Shown one piece after another: positions 1 to 11,045 of a stretch of DNA of 64,000 nucleotides. The DNA is from Carcharhinus amblyrhynchos (Eukaryota). The position numbers and the translations under genes were made by a program. Each line of letters begins with the position of its first letter. Position 1 is the stretch's first letter. The stretch is from contig OZ336872.1 in the NCBI GenBank assembly GCA_965287045.1, positions 81,034,001 through 81,098,000 of the forward strand, read 5' to 3'. Under the pieces are notes generated by a model. It was not told the origin of the DNA. It saw nothing but the letters and a program-made list of their open reading frames with translations, and made no database searches.

Positions 1-54
1 CTGTGATCAGTCCTAGAATGCAATTTTGTGCTGCGTGACCACTGGGAAAAGCTG

Positions 55-350
55 GGGCAGCATTGTGGCACAGTGGTTAGCATTGCTGCCTCACAGCACC
101 AGGGCCCTGGGTTCAATTTCCAGTTTGGGTCACTGTCTGTGTGAAATTTGCACATTCTCCCTGTGTCTGCGTGGGTTTCCTTCAAGTGCTCTGGTTTCTT
201 CCCACAGTTCGAAAGACATACAGGTTAGGTGAATTGGCCATGCTAAACTCTCCCTCAGTGTACCCGGAGTGTGTGGCGACTACGGGATTTTCTCAGTAAC
301 TTCACTGCAGTGTGAATGTAAGCCTACTTGTGATTAATAAATAAACTTTA
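55..350 (+). mobile_element. tRNA-derived V-SINE (tail type ...cagtaacttcattgcagtgttaatgtaagcctacttgtg...aataaataaac)
   Basis: A/B-box head, V-domain core tctgcgtgggtttcc...tgctctggtttc. Confidence 0.85.
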
Positions 351-915
351 AGAATCTTTACTTCGCACTGCTAGTGGGGACAAGAAGATGGCGGATACTG
401 ACAAAAGGGAGGGTGTGGGCTGGCATTTTTAAAGTGCGCCCTCAGGAGACAGCCACTGTGGAGCTGTCTGACAGAGGTGCAGACCTGCAACATTTTAAGT
501 TTTATTGCAGCCCTGGATCGAGGTTGAAGCTAAAACTTAAAGACCACCTGGCAAAGGAGCTCATCTGCCAACCATAAAGGGAGTCATGCCTCTTAAAGTT
601 TGTTCAATTGGTCCCTTAATGGGCTAAATTGCCAGCTTGATTGTTGGCAGCACACATCCAACACTCGCGCATGCCCGCTGACTAAAATATTGTTCGACTG
701 TGCAATGCTGCTGGGACTTGTGCCTGACATCCTGTGCTATTTTCCATGCTTCTAGATCAGGTGCACACTCGACCAAGCAATGTCAAATTCTGGCCATCTT
801 TATTAATCAGCTGGCTTCTTAGGAAAGGGTGTTATTTCAAGCTTTATCCATCAAATTACTACGTAGCCCCTTTAATAAGTGATGTGAATAATTGATTCGG
901 AGTGCTTCTCCTTCT

Positions 916-1024
916 TCAGTGCTCCGAAAGCTCGTGATTCCAAATAAACCTGTTGGACTCTAAATTGGTGTTGTGAGACTTCTCACGGTGCCCTCCAATC
1001 CAATGCCGGCATCTCCACATCATG
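916..1024 (+). mobile_element. Penelope pLTR fragment (same family as 43462-43579)
   Basis: gctccgaaagctcgtg...aaataaacctgttggact...ggtgttgtgagact...gccggcatctccacatcatg. Confidence 0.75.
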
Positions 1025-1789
1025 AGATTTGATAAAATGGAGAAACAAGATGGGAAATAATTGAGGGTGGGATTCATGTTGTGCACTTGAATGAAAGTGC
1101 GGCCTTGCATCACATTGATTAGCCATTCAATTCCTGAGACTTGAGGAGAGATAAACATGAAATATATTACTAAACAACTAGGAAGAAGTCCCAAAACAGT
1201 GAGGCAGGCGTTTTAACCAAACTTCCCCATCGCCCGGCAATCCCTGTTGCTGCCTCCAAAGCTTTTCTCCAGGTAGTGGGCTCAACTCCTGCATGTGCCT
1301 CTCACCTCCCCGGAATGAAGATTATTCAGGATTTTTTTTCCCAACAGCTTGCAGCAAGCCAGGAAAATTCCCAAGTCTGTACACTGGCCTCTGCAGTGAA
1401 AATTGAGGCCATTGTCTCCTTCTTTAGTTCAGTATCAGGTTCCATCTGAAAACTGTCAAGCTGGTTGTAAGATTTTACTATGTTAAAGGCTCTTTTTAGC
1501 AAGTTGTTAGTTTCCATTAATTTTTCAAACCTTCGATTAATCGCCAGCACTAAATTATGATGAATTTCTATCTTGTGAAATTGTGCTAATTTGATCATTG
1601 TAAATATTTTAGTAGGTATTTATTAATTAGGAATTAACTATTCTACATCAGTGTTCAATCATGATCAGAAATGTACAATCAATATTTTGGTAATACTTAG
1701 CTCAGGATAGGCACTGATCAGTGTGGAAAATCATCAGTTAGGTCACATTTGCTTTTGTCCATTCACAATGTAAATGGCTGGATGATAAG

Positions 1790-3330
1790 TTCAGCAGGAG
1801 TAGGCCATTCATCCCATCGAGCCTTCTCCGCCATTCATTAAGATCATGGCTGATCTAATTGTGGCCTCAGCTCCACTTCCCCACCTTGCGCCATAAAACG
1901 TGACTCCTTCAAAATTCAGTCTAACTCAGTGTTGAATATATTCAATGACCCAGCCACCATGGCTAGCAATGGAAAAGAATTCCAAAGACTGATAAACCTC
2001 TGAGAGAAGAGATTCCTCCTCAACTCCATCTTAAATGGGACACCATTTTAAGCTTCACCCACTTGTCCTGCATTGCCCACAAGGGGAGACATCCTCTCAG
2101 CATTTAGCCTGTCAAAGCCCCCTCAGATTCTTATTTATTTCAATAAGATCACCTCTCATTCTTCTAAACTCCACGATCAGTATGGGCTCAACCTATCATT
2201 GTAAGATAACAACTTCATCCCATGTATCAGCCTAGTGGAACTTCTCTTTTCAATGTAAATACAGCCCACCTTAGTAAGGAGATGAAAATTGTAAGAAGTA
2301 CTCCAGCTGTGGTCTCGTCAATTGCCTTGGCCAGTTATATCAAGCTGTACTCCAATCTCCTTGCAAAAATAGCCGACACCTCACTTTCAGATTACTTATT
2401 GTACCTGTGTGCTAACCTTTTGGCACCCATGTAAAAGGACACCTAGATCCCTCTGCACTGCATCATTCTGCAATCTCTCCCCATTTAAATAATATTCTGC
2501 TTTTCAATTTTTCCTGTTAAAGTGGGCAAACTCATATTTTCCCACTTTAAACTCCATCTACCAATTTTTGCCCACTCAACTTATTTATATCCATTTGCAG
2601 AATATATTCTCCTCGCAGCTTGCTTTCCTATTCACCATTGTATCATCAGCAAATTTGACTATAATACAGTTGGTCCTTTCACCCAAGTTATTTGGATACA
2701 TTGTAAATAGTTAAAGCTCTGGAGATGGTCCCTGCATTACCCAATTAGTTGCAGTTTGCCAAACAGAAAATGCTCCATGTATCCCAACTCTCTGTTAGTT
2801 AACTAATCCTCCATCCATGCTAAGTATTACCCCAACACCATGAGCTCTTGTCTTGTGCAGTAACTTTTTGTGTGACATTTATTTAATGTCTTTTGCAAAT
2901 CTCTTTTTGGAATTCTTTTCATTACTGCTTGTTACATCCTCAAGCAACTCAAACATATCTGTCAACCACAATTTCCATTTCACCAATCCATGTTGACTCT
3001 GCCTAATTGTATTATGATTTACCAAATGTCCTCCTCCTATCTCCTTAATAATGGATTCCAGAATTTTCCCTATGATAGACATTGGACTAACTGGCCTGTC
3101 ATTTCCTGCTTTCTATCTTCCTCCTTTCTCAATATTGGTGTTACATTTGTTTTCTAATCGACAGGACTCTTTCCAGAATCTAGCAGAGTTTCAAAGATTA
3201 TAAATTATGATCCACTATCTCTGCAGGCACTTCTATGGAATGCAGATCATTAAGTCCAAGGGTCTTGATAAAATTTAGCCCAGTAGTTTTCCCAGTACTT
3301 TTTCTCTAGGATTTTTGTGGTTATTTTAAG
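1790..3330 (-). mobile_element. Decayed CR1 LINE fragment
   Basis: IGKILESIIK..IRQSQHGLVK remnant (2879-3082) and CR1 3' tail near 1795-1860. Confidence 0.75.
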
Positions 3331-3944
3331 ATCCTTCTCATGGGAAAATAAATACAAAATACTTGATTTGATTTGATTTATTATTGTCACATGTATTAGC
3401 ATACACTGAAAAAATGTTGTTTCTTGCGCACTATACAGACAAGGCATACCATTCATACAGAAGGAAAGGAGAGAGTGTAGAATGTAGTGTTACAGTTACA
3501 GCTAGATGTAGAGAAAGATCAACTTAGTGAGAGGTAGGTCCATTCAAAAGTCTGATGGTAACAGGCAAGAAGCTGTTCTTGAGTTGGTTGGTATATGACC
3601 TCAGACTTTTGTATCTTTTTCTGGAAGAAGATGGAAGAGAGTACAGGCTCTGGAGTGTGGCGACTAGGGGATTTTCACAGTAATTTCATTGCAGTGTTAA
3701 TGCAAGCCTATTTGTGACTAATAAATAAACTTTATTGGTGCAAGGGGTCCTCGGTTATGCTGTCGACAGAAGAAGGTGGGAGAGAGAATGTCCGGGGTGC
3801 CTGGGGTTTTTCTGAGGCAGCAGGAAGTGTTGATAGAGGCAATGGATGGGAGGCTGGTTTGTGTGATGGACTGGACTTCATCCATGACCTTTCGTAGTTT
3901 CTTGTGGTCTTGGACAGAGCAGGAGCCAGACCAAGCTGTGAAAG

Positions 3945-4230
3945 TAAAGTCGTTTAAAGTTTATTTGTTAGGCACAAGCAAGGCTTAAATTAACACTGCA
4001 ATGAAGTTACTGTGAAATTCCCCTAGTTGTCACATTCTTCTGTTTGGGTCAATGCACCTAACCAGCATGTCTTTCAGACTGTGGCAAGAAACTAGAGCAT
4101 CTGAAGGAAACCCACACAGACGTGGGAAGACTGTGCAAACTCCACACAGACAGTGACCTAAGATGGGAATCGAATCTGGGTCCTTGGCACTGTGAGGCAG
4201 CAGTACTAACCACTGCGCCACCATGCCGTC
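3945..4230 (-). mobile_element. V-SINE
   Basis: Reverse complement of head, V-domain and tail. Confidence 0.85.
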
Positions 4231-4474
4231 CATATGTTTATATATATATATATATATACAGAACAGTGAACAAATCACAGCTTTGATTTTAATACTGCTG
4301 TGTGGGCTATACATGAACAGGAACTTCTGACATTTTGTTTACTATCTTTGTGGTGTCACAACATCATAATAATATGACTCTTCCAATATGCAGATGTCTA
4401 TTCATTGTACTTTAATTAAATGTTGCCTATAATTTTACTCATTAACAAAGTCATATAGCCACATTATACCGCAA

Positions 4475-5160
4475 GGGCAGCATGGTGGTTGGCATAGCTG
4501 CCTCACAGTGCCAGGGAACCAGATTTGATTCCAACGTTTGGTGACTCTGTATGCTCTCCCCGTGTCTGCACGGGTTTCCTCCGGGTGCTCCAGTTTCCTC
4601 CCAGAGTCCAAAGATGTGGAGGTGAGGTGGACTGGCCATGCTAAATTGCCCATTATTGTCAGGAGGATTAGTAAGGTAATTCATTGTCTTACTGGTATAC
4701 TGGAATGGCACGGTGGCACTGCTGCCTCACAGCACCAGGAACCCGGGTTCGATTCCTGGCTTGGGTCACTGTCTGTGTGGAGTGCTTCCCATGTCAGCCT
4801 GGGTTTTCTCCGGGTGCTCTGGTTTCATCCTTTGAAAGACAAAGAACAAAGAAAATTACAGGACAGGAACAGGCACTTCGATCCCCCAAGCCTGCACTGA
4901 CCATAATGCCCGACTTAACTAAAATCCTCTACCCTTCTGGGGACCATATAAAGAACTAAGAAAATTAAATTAGATGTGCTGGTTAGGTGCATTGACCCGA
5001 ACAGGTGCCAGAGTGTGGCGACTAGGGGAATTGCACAGTAACTCCATTACAGTGTTAAGGTAAGCCTTGCTTGTGACTAATAAACAAAGTTTTTAAATTT
5101 ATAAGGCCAGTATGGGCTCAATGGGCTGAATGGCCTTCTTCTATACTGTAAGGTTTTTAT
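4475..5160 (+). mobile_element. HE1-type SINE containing a nested V-SINE (~4705-5095), which itself contains a CR1 tail fragment (~4838-4960)
   Basis: Two heads and V-domains; CR1-type tail resumes at ~5105. Confidence 0.75.
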
Positions 5161-8099
5161 GGGAGCAATTCTCCCAATCCGATCCACTAACTTTTTAGCA
5201 CTCGGGCCAGGAGATTTGCGCGTGTGCCGATTCATGGGATTCACGCATGCGTTCCCAACGCATGCACATTTCCCGCCGCCAGATATCTGGCATGGTTGGG
5301 ATCACGCAGGAGATCGGCGGAAACATCAGGTAAGTAATTTTAATCTATTTTTAATGTGATTTGAATGTAATTATTGGACCGGGACTGAGTTCTCTTGGTA
5401 ATGTTGATAGCATTTTCCACCTCGACAGGAGTATTTCACTCTGGTGGGGTTTAGAGTGGCTTCCCACTTTCAGGGAACTAGTGGGGAAACCCATTGGAGT
5501 TAAGGGGGGCAATCAGGGCCCCCTAGGTGGTTGGGCAGTGGGGGGTGGGCATGGGCACCCTGGCAAAGCCAGCTTGTGCCCCCAGCGCTGCCCAATGGGC
5601 AAAGTGCCCATGCCCAGGGGGCACCTTGGTGCTGCCCACCATTGGGCAATGTCAAGGAGGTGGGGCCAAGGGGCTGGAGCCTAAAGGGTGGGGCCAGCCA
5701 GGGGCAGAGTCTAGGGGTCGATCGGTAGGGGTAGGGGGTCCCGCTGCTACTCTGCAGCCAGGATCGGTCAGGACTGGAGGGAAGCCAGCAATAGGGGTGA
5801 GCTGGGGAAGGTGGTCTGCTAGAAGGGGAGGTCTGCTTCACAGGTAGGTGGGGTCTGCCAGGGTGGGGAGGGGTCTGCCTCTTGGGGGGTGTGTCTGCCT
5901 CCTGTGGAGTTGGGGGGTCTGTTGGGGTAATGGAGATTTAGGGGGATCATCACTGCTGGGAGGGGAGTGGAGATTGGGGTGCTCTGGGATTAGAGGGGCA
6001 GGTCAGGGCTGGCCCAGGAATGGCCATGGGGGCCATGATCAGGCTGTGCATGGTGGTGTAGGGGCAGCACTACTTGGGTCTGAGCTGGCCAGCGATTGAG
6101 CTGGTCAGTAAAGTGCAGGCAGATGGTTTGGGGCCATTGCCCATGTCAGAGGGAACATGGAAAATTGTCCATTAGTGTGAGGACTAATAGGGGTTACGAG
6201 GTTAGGGCCTGGTTGGGATTGTTGTCAGTGCAGGCTCGATGGGCCAAATGGCCTCCTTCTGCATTGTAGGGACCTTATGATTCCATTCTATGATTCTATT
6301 GACAGTCAGAGGTGCTCAATGGTTCCAACACAAATGAGGGGGTCCGCCATGTGCCTGGTCTACTCAGTGACTAACTGGCTCCAAAACCAGAAAATCAAAA
6401 GCTATAATGTATCACTTGTTTTTGAACAAAAGCAATTGTATTTGTTATATTGTAGTCCACATCTGTATTCAGTGAGACAAGTCTGCAGTTTTAAATGCTG
6501 AAATTATGTGGAGGAAATTGTACTTGATGTGTTAAGAAAGAATTGCTTTGGCAGCTGTGTGTAGTGACATTGTAATTGCACTCAAAAAGAACACGCTTAT
6601 TAAGCTGCTTCACAGAGTGAGAGGAACAGTTCTTCCCCACTGTTATCATTACAAAAACAGAAAGAGCATTTCATTTTCCTTCTTTTCAGTGGAAAGTAGT
6701 CACTCTTTTTCTGAACCTCTAACAATAAATTATGAAAGCAGACTTTAATTTTTTAAAAAAACACCTAAGAGTCGGAGTGGGAGAATGTAAGAGGCCTGCA
6801 TGGAAGTTATTATCCACAATAATGAAGGAAGCATTGTGATATTTAATTCTCACACAATTAGCAAATAATTTAAACACACTCAAACTCTTTACTGTTCTTG
6901 GCCTTATGAAAGATTAACTTAAAGATAACAGTGTCAGAAACCACTGCTATCACACACCCCAGTCTACGATTCGATTGTTGGATTTAACATTGACAACTCA
7001 TGCTGACACTTTGGGGGCGATTTTACCATTTTTTCTTCTAAGTGCCAGGCGGACTTGAAACTGGGAGAGTTTCAGACTCGTCTTCTGGGTGTGTTTTCAG
7101 GCCCACCCCAATACGCACTCTGCCTGCAGAATTTTGAACAAGTCTGTTGCTTACTGCAGAAGTCTGTGGGTGGAGCTTAATGCACCTGACACGCTGCAGA
7201 GGGAGATAGTGCAAGCTGCCTGAAGCTTCCCCACCGCCCCCCCACACCCCAACTGCAAACGCAGGGGCTCGCGGCCCGAGATACAGCTCCTGCCGACCCC
7301 CTCTACCCCCGTCTACCACCCAGACCAATCGCAGATCACCCCTCCTCCACTGATTGTGGACCCACCTTACTCCTCCACCGATCGTTGAAGAGTGGCAGTA
7401 GGCACCCTCTCCTTCCCTCCCCCAACCAATGCCTGCAAAGTAGCAGTGGACCCTCTTCCCTCATTAGTTCCTCCCCCATTTGCACTTCCCCACTAGCCCT
7501 GCCCCAATGACCTTCCCCAATGACTGCCCGGATGCCAGGGTGGCACTGCAGTCTGGCATTGCCCAAGAGGCACCCTCCCTTGTCCTCAGCCTCCCCAGGG
7601 GAGCCTCAATGGCCTCCAGTTCCACTGGTGATGCCAAGTCGACTGCTCCCCATTCATGGGAAGCATGTCTGTTCCTCTCCGGTGTGAACCTTTCCCAGCG
7701 AGGTCATAAAGGTGGGGGGCCAAGCCCAGACAATTGAGCATGGGGTTTGCTAAGCAGATGTAAAATAACATTAAAATAAATCTAAATACATTAACCTGCT
7801 CCAGCCTATTTCTGGCATGAGGCTGATTGCGCTGGAAATCCAGCGCTCACAAAATGGCGCTCATTGCGAAAACCAGTGCCATTCACACTAAGCGTTTTAT
7901 GTCTAGCTTTACCACCTTGTCGTGCCCATAGAATCATAGATGGCTATTCTCCCAAAAGAGTTCAAAGTGTTGAATTCATGGGAAAATTGGTGTAATTCAT
8001 GATTGTTTTTTCAGTGGGAGTTCAGACTCGAATCTCCCACACTCTGTGCACAGCAGATGTCACAATTGTGAATGTCATTTAAAGCTCAGGGGCCACTGG

Positions 8100-8520
8100 C
8101 AATCCATGGAGCTACTGGGTATCTATGGAATAACTGGGTACCCATGGAATGGGTTGTGTATCTATGGAGCTGTTGTGTATCCATGGAGATGCTGTATACC
8201 TGTTGATCTGTTGTATATCTGTAGCACTATTGTGTATCCATGGAGCTGTTAAATACACATGGAGCTGTTGTGCACTGATGGAGCTGTTGTGTATCCTTAG
8301 AGCCGGTGTGGACCTGTGGAGCTATTGTATACCAGTGGAGATGTTGCATGCCCATGGAGCTGTAATGTAACTGTGTAGCTTTTGGGTGCCCATGGAAATG
8401 TTGCACACCTATGAAGCTGTTGTGTACTCATAGAACAGTTGTGTTCCTGTGTAGCTGTTGTATACCTGTTGAGCTATTGTATATTTGTTGAGCTGTATCT
8501 CTGTGGGGCTGTTAACTATG
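8100..8520. repeat. Degenerate 19-bp minisatellite (ccatggagctgttgtgtat)n, ~20 copies
   Basis: Directly visible periodicity. Confidence 0.8.
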
Positions 8521-9611
8521 GCAATTTTAACAGTCTCTGGATCTCTCCAGGGTCCATGCAACCGTCAGTATCTAGGAGGCAGGTGATTATTTCCACTTGA
8601 ACTGGATTACATTATGGAGAAGTGAATTTTCCATGAATCTACATTGAAATATTGATTAAAACGATTATGCGCTATTATTGTAAGAAGAGCAGCTGGGAAT
8701 CTGAAGGGAATGATATGGACAAAGGAAGCTATATTGTGTATAGAGGGGATAATGGTGCCACTGGTGGCCCTGAAATTAGGGCTGGTAATTTTTTGCCAAG
8801 TGCAAGCATAGATAGAAGGCTGGATGCAGGCACAGATGAGAATGGATTAAAAATAGGCTTCTGAAATTTGAATTGAGGCAAACTATTTGAACTATTGTGC
8901 GACCTCACGATAACTACAAGGTGTTGATGTGTTTACCTCAATGCTATCTCTCTTCTACAGAATGTTCTTGCTTGTGCCTGTCTGCCAGCTCTTTTTTCAA
9001 TCAGCCAATTTAAATGCAACTCTGGCTCCATATTATTTCATATCATTTGAATTGTACGTATGTTAATATTTGTGGTCAGCGTTGCTAAAATGTGATTCCC
9101 AGTTACCCCACAAAAGCACTTGTTTAGATTATTTTCTCTCTGCTAACGTTATCTATTTTTTTCAGCAGACTGACAGCTCCTTTCCTTGCGGGCATTGCTC
9201 CATTTCAGTTTTCAGGCACTAGTGATGTTGCAGCCACTGAAATAGTTCCAATCATGCCAGTTCTGATTAGTCACTTAGTAACCTTCCAAAGCCAGGTCAA
9301 AACAAAGTTACTAAAAATCAGACAAAAATTGGACAAAAGGCAGTAAACTAGCCACTTGCTTTTACAGAAACAGTCAACTTGTAAACTACTTAATGTGGGA
9401 AATAGGTATTTTCTTTGGAGTTACACTGTGAGGTGAGATTCAAGGTACATTGTTGGAAAATTAGTACAAAATGTGCATTTACAAGGTTCTCTCCAATCAA
9501 CTTTTCCACAATACTGGAACAGTCCTTATTAAAGTCGTAAATAAGCATTCTACGTGACTGTGATCATGATAAAGCATTTCTCCTCACCTTTCTTTCCCTG
9601 CCAGCAGGACT

Positions 9612-9694
9612 TGATGTGGAGATGCTGGCATTGGACTGGGGTAAACACAGTAAGAAGACTCACAACACTAGACTAAAGTCCCAACAAGTTTTCT
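9612..9694 (-). mobile_element. Short Penelope 3' fragment with 11-bp TSD
   Basis: gatgtggagatgctggcattggactgggg... is the reverse of the pLTR end; TSD ccagcaggact at 9601-9611 and 9695-9705. Confidence 0.78.
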
Positions 9695-11045
9695 CCAGCA
9701 GGACTCAACACAGTTGACCACAACTTCTGGCAGTGCTTTCTGGCATTTGTACATGTGCAGTCAAACATGGAAATCCAGACGTTTCTCTCGTGATTTTCTG
9801 CACTTCTGCAGGGTGCTCTGGAGAAATCCATGCCTGCAGTCACTAATGTTTAGAAATCACCAATTGATGAAAACATCTCCTTTTATGCTGTTGCATCACA
9901 GTTAAAAAAGTTCCATCTTGTCGGATGATGTATGACTGGAATTTTGATGATGTGCCAAGACACAACTATTGTTGAACAGCCCTTCTGGCTCTGGAAAACA
10001 TATTTTATACCTGTCAAAGTTTCTCAATAAGTTAAAAATTCCATTGTACTGTTAATAGCATAAAAAGTGTGTTTTGAAAGTTTGCTACTATTTCAGCTTC
10101 TGACAAAGAACAAAGTACAGCAGATGAACAGGCCCTTCAGCTTTCCAAGCCTGTAATGATCATGATGCCCTAACTAAATTAAAAAAAAATCTGCCCTTTC
10201 TCAGTCCTCTATTTCCTCCCTAATCATGTACCCATTCAAATGCCTCTTAAATGTTGCTAATGTGTCTGCTTCCACCACCTCCTCTGGCCGCAAGTTCCAG
10301 GCACCCACAACGCTCTGCATGAAAAACTTTGTCCGCACAGCTCCCTTAAACTTTTCCCCTCTCACCTTGAACCTGTCCCTCTTTGTAATTGATACTTCAA
10401 CCCTAGGAAAAAGCGTCTGACTATCCACCCAGTCTAGGCTTCTCATAATTTTATAGACCTCTACTAGGTATCCCCTTAGCCTCCAACTTTCCAGTAAAAA
10501 CAATCCTAGTTTATTCAACCTCTCCTCATAATCAACACCCTTGAGATCAGGCAACATCCTGGTGAATTCTTTGCACTCTCTCCAAAGCTTCCACATCCTT
10601 CTGGTAGTATAGTGACCAGAACTGCATGCAATACTCCAAATACAACCTAACCAAGGTTTTATATAGCTGTAACATGATTTCCCAACTTTTGTACTCAATG
10701 CCCTGGATGACGAAGGCAAGCATACCCATAAGTCCTCTTAATCATCTGGGCCACCTATGTTGCCACTTTTAGGGAACAGTGGACGCCCAGATTCCTCAAT
10801 ATGTCAATGTTCCTAAGGGTTCTGCCTTTTACAGTATATTCACATCGACATTTGATCCTTCAAAATGCATCACCTCACATTTGTCTGAATTAAACTCCAC
10901 CTGCCATTTCTGTGCCCAATTTTCCAATCTATCTATATCCTGTTGTATCCTCTGGCAATCCCTGGCACCATCAGCAACTCCACTAATCTTCATGTCATCC
11001 GCAAACTTACTAATCAGATCATTTTTGTCCAGATCATTTATATAT

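Noticed and set aside
55-130. tRNA genes at SINE heads
   Set aside because: A/B boxes only, continuous with the V-domain and tail; no intact cloverleaf.
5160-7930. GC-rich blocks as additional CpG-island promoters
   Set aside because: G/C-skewed, CpG-depleted and starting with gggg.gattt/ggg.gcaattctccc TIR-like ends, typical of the dispersed Harbinger-like non-autonomous repeats seen elsewhere in the window.
8100-8520. Regular repeats as a CRISPR-like array
   Set aside because: Head-to-tail degenerate minisatellite with no unique spacers, in a vertebrate genome.
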